The notes under the pieces were generated by a model. It was not told where the DNA came from. It saw nothing but the letters and a program-made list of their open reading frames with translations, and did no database searches. A stretch of 64,000 nt of DNA, from contig NC_058375.1 in the NCBI RefSeq assembly GCF_018350175.1, positions 139,810,001 through 139,874,000 of the forward strand, written 5' to 3'. The stretch comes from Felis catus. Its lineage: Eukaryota. This document shows, in pieces, positions 10,636 to 22,189 of the stretch (positions are counted from its first letter, which is position 1; each line of letters starts with the position of its first letter). The translations under genes and the position numbers were made by a program.

Positions 10636-12314
10636 CCCCCCCCATTTTTATTTTTTATCGAGGAACCAAGAAAACCTGGCATTTGTTCCTTAAGCGGTGA
10701 AAAGATGGCAACTGATATAAATAAGTATCTTAAACTTTTTTTAAGGTAAGATTGAGTTGCAGCTCAATAATAGACCAGTGTCATAGCTGGATTTCTGAAT
10801 TTCTTCTTGCCCAAGTAAGGCACTTACTCTAACAATATGTTAGCACATTGGCATTCTTTAATGCAGTGGAGCCCTGTGTGTATTGAAAGATTATTGGCAG
10901 CTTTTGAGAAAGGTTGGCGTGTTTGTGTTCCTGTTTAACCTGAATATTAGTATTAATGTATAGGTCTGAGAGCTTATGAAAGGACTCCGGACTGTGATGC
11001 CTTTGGAGAATAACGAAAGGCAGAATGCAGGATGATTTCATCTGCTTTCAGCAAGGAGCCTTCTATACATCAGGTCACTGGAATCCTGTAGCCCTGCAGG
11101 CACTGTGTATGTAAAATACCCTCCTTCTCATTCTTGGTTTGGTTAATGTTGCATGAGAGCCAGACAGTAAACTGCTTTAATCAGTTAAAATGGAAAGGAT
11201 GGATGCCAAATCAACGTTTCTAAGTGGGATGGAGGGCACTGCTTCTGATGATGTGCTTTTATGATGTCTTATCCATCTTTCTTGAAATTGTTATTCTCCT
11301 GAGAACTTGCAAGAGGCAGTTTCTAGATAGCAGATCGTTAAAGGTGACTTATATAGTAAAACTTTACACGTGGATCATATTTAGGCTGAAGCCTGCGTAT
11401 TTGAGGTGGAAAAACAGTCCTCTGAAAGAACTCAATTACAAAGCAAATTGCAGGATCAGTGGGAAATGACCCCACAGGTCCCTGAAAGCAGGGGTTCTGC
11501 AACACAGGTGGGCTGCATTAACCCCCCCCCCACCTCCCCCCTCTTGCTGTTCCCCAGGGTCCTGCAAGTTGTTCTCCAGGTTTCCGGTTCCATGGAGCTC
11601 TGAATGGTGCTCCAGCTAGGACTTGGAAGTACATTCAGAGCTGTAGTGTCTGTGGGAGAATGTGGAACTGAAGCTGTAAGCTGCAAAGGTAATTACTGGT
11701 GACGTGTGTATTGGCAGCTTTAATTCTGGCATTTGTGACAGGTTACATCTTGTGATTTGTCTTATGTACATAATAAATTGAAGAGAAGTAGGAGGCATTT
11801 CTCAGGTGACACATCAAATAAGAATGTGGGCCCACTTGACAAAAGGCATCCTGCCATGGGGTTTTTACTTTCCCTTTGGCGTTTGGTGGTTCTTCATCCA
11901 ATCTGCAAAGAACACATCAATTTCTGTGTGGTTAGTCGGGCTCAAAATAGTAAAAGATTTGCAGGTATCCCCACGGATCTTTCCACTTATAACACTGTGG
12001 ATGGCAAAGGCTGGAATTCTCCATCTGCTTTGCCTCCTCAGTGCCAACCGCTCTGTTTGGGAGTCCTCCCTGTCTGGCACCCTCCAAACTCTCACCCCTC
12101 CCTATGACCATACTGCAAATGATTCTCATAGGATAGCTCTTCAAAGAAAACTTACCTAAAATGATACTTTACTCCTTCAAAACATATACATGAAACTAGG
12201 GAAATTGGCAAACTTGCCCCAGATGGCATGTTAACCGCATCAGAACCTCAAAATGCCCAGAGAGCTGCGGTAAGCAATGAGTTAATTCGGAGAGATGATT
12301 CTGGCTGTGTCCCA

Positions 12315-12505
12315 GATACTGTTTTAAGTGCTTTACATGTATGAATCCATCTAATCCTCCTAATAACCCCATGAGGTAGGCACCATTGTCTCCACATTAG
12401 TGGAGAGGAAACAGGCACCAGAGAGGTTTGGTAACTTGCCCAAGGTCTCACAGCTGGGAGGAGGAGTCAGGTTTGAAACCCAAGCAGTCTGGTCCCAAGG
12501 TTTGT
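12315..12505 (-). mobile_element. MIR
   Basis: aataaccccatgaggtagg...gaggaaacaggcaccagagaggtttggtaacttgcccaaggtctcacagct. Confidence 0.85.
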
Positions 12506-13540
12506 GTTCTCAAGAGCTGGCAAATATCTCCCAGAACAGTGCTCGGTATGGTGTGGGCTGCGTCGGGGTGGGGGTTGGGTGGGGGTTTGGGGGAGGGCGG
12601 GGTGGTGATGATAACCAGCAACCAGCCTCAAAAACCCTTTTGTAAACAATTTATACAAAGTTTTATACCTTTGCGACGTTTCTGTGTTTTCTCCTTTCAG
12701 AGGAATCTGAGAATTCCTTGTTAGTTGAATTACATTAAGCAATCAAATGCATCTAGTAAAGAATCATCAAAATAATAATGAAAGCGGATGCCCCACAGCA
12801 GGAGTGCCTGCTAATTAATGCACCTTCTAAAGGAAGTCTGCAGCCACTGCAATTGTCAGACTCTTTCTGTGTAACAGACACTCAGAAGCTACAGTCACTC
12901 CTGTCAGTTTCGTACTATTTGCCTTAAGAATTTAACTTCACTCGTGTTGACTTTTTTTTCCTCTTTAGGACATTAATTATCTCTGGTTGCATTTTAAAAT
13001 ATATAACCTATGTCCTCTGCTGTTTAAGCTCCAAGTGAAAGCAGGGCTCTCTTGCCCCATCTGGGCCAGCTGGAACGGGAGGTCTGAGGGGCACTGGTGG
13101 GGTCCCCTCCCCCCGCCCCCCAGGTCTGTGTGAGGCCTTGGAGGAGGCTGCTCAGGGAGCCCTGCTGATAGTAGCTACCCCTACCTCACCTCCAGCCTTG
13201 TCAGGATGATTAATAGAGCCTCATTTTAGTGCTTTAGGTTTCAAAAAAGTAAACATGCCAACCATACCACACATGCATATGCACGTCTGACTGCAGAAAA
13301 GGGGCAGGAAAGCACAAGCGGGGTCCTTGTGAGCACCCCCCCCCACCCTGCTTTACCACAGACTCCCTTTACCTCTGCCTCTCCTGTCTGAGGGTGCTTC
13401 TGATGGGCTACTACAGAGTTGAGAAGGACAGGCTGATGGCAGGTTTGTCTAGGTCCTGGGCAGCTACCTCCTTCAGCCAGTGCCATCGTGGCTGCTGGCC
13501 TGCAGACCCCAAGCACTAGCCTGGCTTCTCTGCTGCTCTG

Positions 13541-13560
13541 CAGTGCCCCCTTCTGGGACA
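13541..13560 (-). promoter_or_regulatory. Candidate CTCF site
   Basis: Minus strand CCAGAAGGGGGCACTG has 1 mismatch to the CCASYAGRKGGCRS core. Confidence 0.5.
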
Positions 13561-13639
13561 TGCACGCAACAGTAAAATACCCCTGGAGCACTGGCTGTCC
13601 ACTATAGCACCGCTGAGTTAATTCCAAAATAGAAATAAT

Positions 13640-13861
13640 GATGGACTTGGGACCTGGATCCAAGTCGACTTCATACTGACCAACTGTGGGATTATGATTA
13701 AGCTGTTTGGCTGTACAGCATCTCAATGGCTTCGTCTCCATACCTGGATTAGGAGATTTCTGGTCCACTACTCTCTACCCTTCACTATTGGTTGGAGGAT
13801 CAGATGAGAAATTGTGTGCCAGCATTCTATGAAAGTGCCACTTAAACATAAGAGATTGTTA
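13640..13861 (+). mobile_element. Old MIR fragment (host of the solo LTR)
   Basis: ggacttgggacctggatccaag...gttggaggatcagatgagaaattgtgtg...cataagagattgtta. Confidence 0.55.
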
Positions 13862-14485
13862 TGTTAAAAGACAAAATTCAACTGAGTACATTTTAAAGAT
13901 CTTACTGGCCTTATGCAATGATTCATGAACTGGGCAGCATGAATCTAGCAGATAGAAAGGAGCTCCGAGGAGCAGTACAGAATGAAAGACTTACAGGCAG
14001 AAGGGAGTGGGAACAAAGACAAAAAAAAAAGAAGAAAAAGAAAAAGAAAAAGGACAGAGTGGTTGTGGCAAGGTCACTTTCCTTTAGAGGATGGCAGGGG
14101 TCCCTCAGGCAGATTACTAACTAGTGCTGACTCGGGGCGCGTGGGTGGCGCAGTCGGTTAAGCGTCCGACTTCAGCCAGGTCAGGATCTCGCGGTCCGTG
14201 AGTTCGAGCCCCGCGTCGGGCTCTGGGCTGATGACTCAGAGCCTGGAGCCTGTTTCCGATTCTGTGTCTCCCTCTCTCTCTGCCCCTCCCCCGTTCATGT
14301 TCTGTCTCTCTCTGTCCCAAAAATAAATAAACGTTGAAAAAAAAAATAAAAAAAAAAACTAGTGCTGACCAGGTGATTCCTGGTTGACTGGTTTAAGATT
14401 CCATTTCTGGAAGAGCTGAAACTGAGTGACGGTTTGGGCTTAGCACAAGTGACTCCTTTTGGGGCCTGTTGTATTGTTTTTAGCA
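13862..14485. mobile_element. Solo LTR (ERV1-type), interrupted by a SINE
   Basis: TGTTAAAA...TTTTAGCA inverted ends, flanked by a 4-bp TSD GTTA (13858-13861 and 14486-14489). Confidence 0.8.
14134..14356 (+). mobile_element. Young felid Can-SINE (SINEC_Fc-like)
   Basis: Full length with A/B boxes, CpGs intact and a poly(A) tail. Perfect 13-bp TSD AACTAGTGCTGAC (14119-14131 and 14357-14369). Confidence 0.97.
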
Positions 14486-14750
14486 GTTATTATAAAAAGC
14501 TTCCTAGAAGGTATTCGCACCTCGGACCCCGATGATGCCTTTACCTATCACCCCTGATACGTAGCAGAGAAGAGTATGGGAGACCCTGGGAATTGTCTGA
14601 TTCCACCCAGTGAGATCAAATCTCATTGTAGCTCTCTGTTTAGGGTTCTTCCTTTCCCACACCTCCCCGTCCTTCCTTTTGGGGAAAAGCTGCTCTTAGG
14701 CTGTTTCACAGGGTAAGAATATCCTCAACCTGCAGTGAGGAGGGTTTGGG

Positions 14751-15077
14751 GCTGGTGTCCCATTTTTGTGCCTGGTGTTCATCTCTGCGCCTGGCGTCCA
14801 TTGTCTCTCTGCCTGGTGTCCACCTCTGTGCCTGGTGTCCCATCTCTGTGCCTGGTGTCCATCTCTGCGCCTGGCGTCCATTGTCTCTCTGCCTAGTGTC
14901 CATCTCTGCGCCTGGCGTCCATTGTCTCTCTGCCTGGTGTCCCATCTCTGTGCCTGGTGTCCATCTCTGTGCCTGGTGTCCATCTCTGCGCCTGGCGTCC
15001 ATTGTCTCTCTGCCTGGTGTCCACCTCTGTGCCTGGTGTCCCATCTCTGTGCCTGGTGTCCATCTCTGTGCCTGGTG
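14751..15077. repeat. GC-rich minisatellite, 19/20/22-bp variant units with core GCCTGG(T/C)GTCC
   Basis: 15 clean units spanning 14770-15069, plus degenerate end units. Confidence 0.97.
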
Positions 15078-16284
15078 GCTGTTCGTATCAGGGCTCAGCT
15101 GCACTCAAGGTCCTGACTCCTCATGCATCAAGTCCATTCTGCATCTCAGAAATCACAGCTACTTCGGAGGGTCTACGTCCCAGCAGCATTTCATAGGAGC
15201 TTAACAAGTTCCCCAAAACGAGATGAGAGGCACTCAAGGAGTCACTTAGCCAACGCCGGGACACAAAAGCCTACTCAGCTGCTGGCGGCATCTGGAAACA
15301 AGCTCTCTGCTGCTTCTGCTGCAAAGAGCCTGGTGTCTGAGCTCTCCTCCAGGCACCACGCTGGAGTCAGGTACTCACTGCGCGGGGCAAGCTCTTCTGT
15401 CCTTTCCGCGTGGGCCTGCTGCTCATAAACAGATGACTTACCACCGTGACCTCCGCTTTCTACTTGTCTTCTTTCAGCCGTAAACCCGAGAGAAAACAAA
15501 TCCAAACAGGTGAACTAACCTGTCCAAGGTCACATGGTTGGTCTTGGCTCTCGAGCTCAGATTCCTTCTATTACAGTCTCCTCTGTTTGCCCATCTCAGT
15601 TTTCTCATTCCTAATTTCCCCTATGACTTGTAAGTAAATAGTGTCTTTTAAAGTGGTTTTCACTTTACTATATTAAGCCAATGAAGTGGGGAGTTCTTGG
15701 AAGAAATAAAGTGTACATCATCAATGCTTGGAGTAGAAAAGAAGGCTACGGAGGCACATTAGAAATCATCTGTTTCCACCCAGCAAGGGTAAACACTCCC
15801 CTCACATCACACACGGACAGCCGGAGCCCAGAGCTCCTCACTCCAGCCACAGTTCACTCCGCTGCACCAACCCTCGGCCTGCAAAGACAGAGGCTAGTGA
15901 CGGTAACTGATGGCGGTGGGCGCCTCTCTGACGTCCCTGGGTCAAGCATTGCGTGATGGTTAGTCGCGTGGAAGTGTTTTGTACACATGTGAACTGTGTG
16001 CCAGGAACCTGGCGATCAGGACTGGACCTTGGCAGTTCATAGTCCAGAGTTCCGGTAGCTCCCACTCTTCTCTGGAGTAACCGAGTGCCTCTCTGGGAAG
16101 TAAAGTGCTTAGTAGATCATGCATGGCTCATGATAATAGCTAGTTTTTCATGTGCATTCTTGAATCTCTTAACAAGGGATGGATGAGAATGGTACTGTTA
16201 TTTTCCCTACATGCAGATAAAGAAACTGAGGTATGGAGAGCTAGGGAGCGGTGGAACTCGCTGTACAGTCCATATTCTTAATCA

Positions 16285-16689
16285 TTTTTTAATGTTTATT
16301 CAGTTTTGAGAGACAGAGAGAGAGTGCAAGCGGGGGAGGGGCAGAGAGAGGAAGACACAGAATTCGAAACAGGCTCCAGGCAGAGCCCGACACGGGGCTC
16401 AAACCCACAAACCGTGAGATCATGACCTGAGCTGAAGTCGGCCGCTTAATTGACTGACCCACCCAGGTGCCCCTTAATTTTTTTTTTTTTTTAGAGAGGC
16501 GTGGTGGAGAGATAGTGTGTGAGCTGGGGAGAGCTTAGAGAATCCCAAGGAGAGAGAGAGAATCCCAAGCAGGCTCAGCACTGTCAGTGCAGAGTGTGAT
16601 GAAGGTCTTGAACCCACAAACTGCGAGATCATGACCTGAGCCGATATCAAGAGTCAGATGCTTGACTGACTGAGCCACTCAGGTGCCCC
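16285..16689 (-). mobile_element. Two tandem Can-SINEs (16285-16473, 16479-16689) inside a MIR
   Basis: Two SINEC heads and tails. One ~21-bp diverged TSD (16264-16284 and 16690-16710) flanks the pair. Confidence 0.9.
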
Positions 16690-16844
16690 TAGAGTCCATA
16701 GTCTTAACCAGGTTTACATGGTTACCAAGGAGCATAGAGGGACGAGGCTGAAATCATGTTTCACTCTTAGACCAGAGCTTATTCACAGAACCTGAGCGAC
16801 ATACAGGAACGGTTGCAATCTCTATGTGATAAACTCAAAATGTT

Positions 16845-17200
16845 AGCATTCATTCACTCTTTCCGGAAATATTTGAGCACCTATTTTGTACACAGCGTTG
16901 TTTTCAGAGCTGGAGAGAAGTGGTGAATAAGGCACGACAGTCTTTATTCTCTTACAGGCAAATGACGAACGAGTGCACACTACTTTCTAATATGATCGAA
17001 TACATTTAAGTGCTATGAAGAAAGTAAAACAGGCTGCTGTGGTAGCAGGTGGCTTGGTCTCCTTGGAACCAAGTAGTCAGGGAGGGCCTCTGTGAGTGAC
17101 TGAAGGAGCCAGCCATGCAAAGATCTGGAGACAGTTCCAAGCAGAAGGGACAGTAAGTGCAAAGGTCCTGAGGAAGATTTTGCTTGGTGTATTAGCGGTA
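16845..17200 (-). mobile_element. L2 3' fragment
   Basis: cattcattcac...aaatatttgagcaccta...gtcagggagggcctct...aagtgcaaaggtcctgag. Confidence 0.75.
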
Positions 17201-18298
17201 ATAGAACTCTGATTTTACACAAAGAGTTTTCTCCACACTGGCATTGACCTTCAGCAAATTAAAAAGATGATCCATATGTTTGTGTTACCTTCAAAAGTAG
17301 GAACTAAATTCGGAATAATCAGGAACTTCTTTCCTGGGTTTAGAAACCCAGCACCAAAGGCATTTGGACATTTTTGTAGCCAGCAGTTTTGTAAGCAGAC
17401 CCATAGCTTTGTAGTCCATGTTTCAGTGCTTGCTCCGAAACCCAAGGGAAAGAGGGCAAGCAACCCTAAGAGGATGTGTTTTAGACAGCCCGGCAAATTC
17501 ACGATGATCCGTGGTCCCTGAGAGCGTAAGGCAGCATACTGAGGAATAAATATGGAAAAGCTGATTCGCTGCCCAGCCTCAGGGCCAAGCACTCGCCTGA
17601 AGGGGCCACCTGTATCTTTTAATAGTCTTCTCAGGGACATACTGCCTCTACAGTGTGTCACTTGGAAATTTTGCTCGCTGCCCAACACACTTTGGAGAGG
17701 TTATTTCAACTTGCTGCTGCTTTAGGATTCTGTGACTGGTGGACTTCCAAAACCCAAAGAAACCTATGTATCCTTGGCCGCCCTTGGTAAGCGTGGAGAG
17801 AATTTCACCAGACAAAAAGCAAAGGTTCTGGATTTTGTCAGATAATTCTCGCGCTGACATTTTTGGGTGTCCCCGAAGCATAACTCTGATAGCCGTTCTT
17901 GCTGTAGCTGCTGCCTGTTCTGTTCTTGGTTCAGACTCATTTCTTGCCAAGATCCGCCAGGAAAGAAGTGTTTCCCGCTGCGGGCCTCACACAACTAAAT
18001 GGCACCAGACTGAAGTTCCCTGTTCAGTGACTAATTAGCCCGTGGCTTTAGGAAGTGGAACAAAGGATCTACATTTTTGTAGGATGTCACTTGAAAGTGT
18101 GAGCTGAATAGCGTCAGCTGTTCAAATAGCAAAGCTGGATACAGTGGGGTATGTGGAGGGAGTGGGTCCCGGAGTGAGGTAGCAGTCTGGGCAAGAAAGA
18201 TCTGGGTTTCTCTGAGATTTAAAGTGCTAACACAGAGGTGGCTGCACGTTTTATTTTTCTCTAAGAGGAAGGCTGATTTCTAAATGGGTGAAAGGGAG

Positions 18299-18511
18299 GG
18301 GAGCTTGGGTGGCTCTTGATTGGTTAAGCGTGCAGCTCTTAAATTCGGCTCAGGTCATGATCTCACCGTTGGTGAGTTTGAGCCCAATCAGTCTCCGTGC
18401 TGACAGTGCTGACCCAGCGTGAGATTTTCCCTCTATCTCTCCCCCACCCCTGCTCATGCTCTCTCTCTCTCTCTCTCTTTCAAAACAAACAAACAAACAA
18501 ACAAACAAACA
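18299..18511 (+). mobile_element. Can-SINE
   Basis: SINEC body, (CT)n and (AAAC)n tail. Diverged TSD aaatgggtgaaagggag / aaatgggtgaaggtgag. Confidence 0.88.
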
Positions 18512-18785
18512 AAATGGGTGAAGGTGAGTGGGAGGTACAGGCTTCTAGTTATGGAATGAATAGGTCATGGGGATATAATGTACAGCCTGGGGGATATAGT
18601 CAATGGCATTGTCGTAGTTAAAAGGTGACAGATGTTTGCTACGCTTGTGAGCACAGCAGAACATGTTGACTTGTTGAATCACTGTGACATACACCAGTAA
18701 CTAATGTAACATTGTGTGTCGACTATACTTCAATTAAATAAGTGAATGAATGAATAAATTAATAAATAAAATAACTTAAAAAAAA
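18512..18785 (+). mobile_element. Carnivore L1 3' UTR fragment
   Basis: gagtgggaggtacaggcttctagttatggaatgaataggtcatggg...ctaatgtaacattgtgtgtcgactatacttcaat, followed by an A-rich tail. Confidence 0.8.
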
Positions 18786-20296
18786 GCCTCATTTTGTTGT
18801 TTTTAGAGCACTACTCATGTGAACCTGGGTTGTGGAGAGAGTTAACATTTCTCTTCCTTTGTTGAGGTGAGGTGAGGGCATGGCTTAGAGGGGAGGGACG
18901 CCTCTCGGTGGATGTGGGGCGGGAGCTGTTCCAAACTCAACCTCTCCCCAGGTTTGCTTCTGCACCTGAGAAATGAGAAGTTGGATGAGATCTGTTTCCT
19001 AGGCTTGCCTGTAGGTGAGTAGCACCTGGAGTGCTTATTCAACACCACTCATCTCTCCGGAATCAGAATTCTCAGGAGCAGTGATCTGCCTCTTGAGCAG
19101 GCATCCCCAGTGACCTTCCTCCTGAGGGATGTCTGGGAACAGCGGCCTGCAGGATCTCTGACAAGTCTTCCGGCCTCAAGACCCTTGGCTAAGTCTGGAA
19201 GACAGTTCTGAGACCCTAACGTCTTTGCAAATTTAAGGACAGCTGTGGATTCTCTCTTTAAGAAAAATGTATGTAGACACAGAATACCGAATTCAGTTCC
19301 AGGGTCTGTGGACCTTGGTTAACAATTCATACCCTGAAGTTAGCTCTCAGAAGAGAATCTAAGCCCGTAGCTGTGTGCCTGGCATAAAGTGGCAACTCAC
19401 TGAATTTTATGCATGCCTCCCAGCCCCTATGATACACTAGTATTATCTTCATTTTATAGATGAGTAAACTGGGGCATAGAGAGATTAACATACCTTATTA
19501 AGAGGCAGCTGGATTTGAACCCAAACATTCTGATTCCAAAGCCAGTGAACTTAAATTCTGAGCTTAATAAAGTGGTTATCAGGTTTGCCTACCTGAATTC
19601 ATGGCTCTTTTTGACCCTAATATTGCTGACCTGTTCCCTAAACCTCTCCCATATTAGTTTCACTTAACTGAGCAGCTACTATGTACCAGGAACTATCCTA
19701 GGCACTTTCCACACATATTGAAAAATGTGCTCAGAAAATGATGTACAGTATTAACACACACATAGAATCCTGTGTAAAGGTAGGAAAAAAAGGTAAATTA
19801 TATCCCAAGGCTCGGAAAGTTTTTTGGTTATTCTTTGGATAATTTCTCTTCCACTACACAATCAGAGAAATAGAGATAGAAAAAAACCCTGAAGACTTCC
19901 TAGTTCAAATGTCATTTTCCTAGGTACCAGCAGAGAATAACACGTATGATCATTTGCAAGGATTAATTCATTCTAGATTCTTAAGTCTATCAATAGTTTT
20001 ATCCTATTTTCAGCACTTTAATACCATCAAACATCAGTTGGCTCTCTTTGCCCTGCCAGCCTGAGCCATGAGCAGGTGCTTTGTGCTGGTCCTGTGCACT
20101 TCAAGTGTCTTATTTGACTTAAGCTCACAATCATATCAGACCTGCATATTTCAGATATCCCTTTCTGGCCAAGAACTTCAAGCAGAGATCTTGTCTGATT
20201 TCATGCTTACGGGTTTTCCAAGTGGGAGAAATGCACAATTAGGGAACATGCCCAGGTCTACTCAGCAAGCCTGGAGTGGGGCTGAGGGAGGGAAGG

Positions 20297-20298
<2 letters not shown>

Positions 20299-20341
<43 letters not shown>
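20299..20341. repeat. (GA)n microsatellite
   Basis: About 21 GA units. Confidence 0.95.
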
Positions 20342-20345
<4 letters not shown>

Positions 20346-21174
20346 TGGACGCCAGGGCAGAACTTGTGCCTTCCTGATGATGATTCCCAGGCCAGTTGGG
20401 TGGCATCACTTCAGGTTGACCCAGCCAAGATCACACACATCTTTAGTGGGGGGACCCTAAATCACAGATCACATGCTCCACTGATTGTAACCAATACACC
20501 AGAAGGGCCCGGCCCACTTTGTGTGGGTGAGACCTGGAGGGGCTCCCGACCTCAGCCCCACGTGCTGGTACGAGTGGCTATCCCAACGGCAGGACCCTCC
20601 ACAGCCCCACCCTGGGACATTAGCCTCCTCACCCACCATATAGGGAGTGCAGCTGGAATAGGGCGCACCTAGGTGCGGCATTCTCTGTAACTTTTTACCA
20701 GGTCAGCCTTGCCCAGTGTGAAGCAACCAACCAGGCAACACCACATCTAAAACACCCATCTGTGCAGGACTCACCGATGAAGCAGGATTTGGGGGGGGGA
20801 GGCGGTCTGGGCCCCAAGAATGTTGAGCCTATTGTTGGGGGTGGGAGTGGTGCAGGCCACTTGGCCCTGGCCTCACCTTGGCAGACAGCCTCTAATTATG
20901 GCCTTTGAGGTTTAATAGACAGTCATAGAAGTGTACTGAAATAGTCCTAAGTAGGAATGTTCTCCACGCACCTTTAAAGTTGTACAATGTTTCCTATAGT
21001 GGGCTTAGAATGGATTTCTTTAATGAGTCTGCAAATAAACGTATGAATAGCAGCATCACACAGCATCGTGTGTGTTTGTGTGTGTGCATGTGTGTGTTAA
21101 GGTCATTCATTTGCTCAATGGAAAAAATACACCAGACTCTTTGTGTCCTATTTTGACACATATTTTTTCATGGA

Positions 21175-21286
21175 TTTTATTTTATCTAATTTTTTTATGT
21201 AACCTCTACACCCAACTTGGGGTTCGAACTCACAATCCTGAGATTAAGAGTTGCATGCTCTACCCACTGAGCCAGCCAGATGCCCC
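21175..21286 (-). mobile_element. Short Can-SINE (older subfamily)
   Basis: ...ggggttcgaactcacaatcctgagattaagagttgcatgctctacccactgagccagccagatgcccc. Confidence 0.85.
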
Positions 21287-22189
21287 CCCCCCTCCTTTTT
21301 TTAAAATGTCAGGGCTTCAGTGAGTGTAAGTGGCTCAGGTCATGAGCTCTAAGAGGCCTGGAAAGAGCACAGATTAGAGATTTCAGCAGAGGACCAACCC
21401 CAAGTCTCATTTCTGTAGAAGCTCTATCCCCAGTCAAGGCTTCCTGGCGACAGGACTCACCAGCACCCCGAATGCCCCACGCTTGGCTCAGCTACTAGCT
21501 GTGGGATCCGGGGTCAGTCACACAAACTCTGGGCTGTTTCCACAAGTGCAAGGCTGGCAGGAGAGCATCGTATTTCTGAGTACCCCTGCCTGTGACATCT
21601 TCGGAAGTTAAAGATTTGCTTAACAGCTTATGAAGATGTCCAGGGGGTGTAGACTTCCCACAAGCCTGACAGGCAACCGGAGGGTGGTAAGCACTACAAG
21701 ACAGGATGGGTGGCTTGGAAGCCTAGCCTCTTGACTCTGGGTTCTTGCTGGTAAAGCAGGAGAGATGCTGGAACAATTCTGGCTTGGAGAGACCATCAGA
21801 AGGCTGGACTCAGAAGACTGGGCCACACCTCATTTGTGCACCAGAAATTAAGTGAGCACACGCATCGTTCAAGGCTCTGGTTATTTAACAGTGTACAGAG
21901 GAGGTTCCTCCCCTTTTGGGGCTTACAGTCTAGAGGTGGGGGGGGGGGGACACCACGATCTGAAATGATCTTATTTATAGCTTAATGCTCTTCTACAAAA
22001 GGTTTTGGGGCTCATCTGAACCCATGTGGGTGAGGTGGGGATGGCTTAAATGAGGGGTGGTCAGAAAAAGCTAGAGTTCTTCCAGTTCTGAACTCATTGT
22101 GCCCTTGGCCCAATCATTTTCACCCCATAGGTCTCAGTTCTGGGTTCTCGATTTATGCATCCCACAAAGAAAGGGGTTGGCTTCCATTC

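Noticed and set aside
11240-11305. C/D-box-like TGATGA...CTGA
   Set aside because: Imperfect box C, no terminal stem, and it lies outside an intron.
13241-13768. 175-aa minus-strand ORF
   Set aside because: Non-ATG start inside a MIR and no recognisable domain.
14134-14215. tRNA-like A/B boxes
   Set aside because: Head of a tRNA-derived Can-SINE, not a tRNA gene; the same applies to the other SINEs.
14696-15204. Repetitive ORFs (CAWCP.../HQAQRW...) and a CRISPR-like repeat/spacer look
   Set aside because: These are translations of a nearly stop-free minisatellite. The 'spacers' are short and recurrent, the genome is mammalian and there are no cas genes.
17739-18038. 99-aa ORF with a signal-peptide-like stretch ITLIAVLAVAAACSVLG
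   Set aside because: GTG start, the hydrophobic stretch is internal, and there is no clear splice context or recognisable family.
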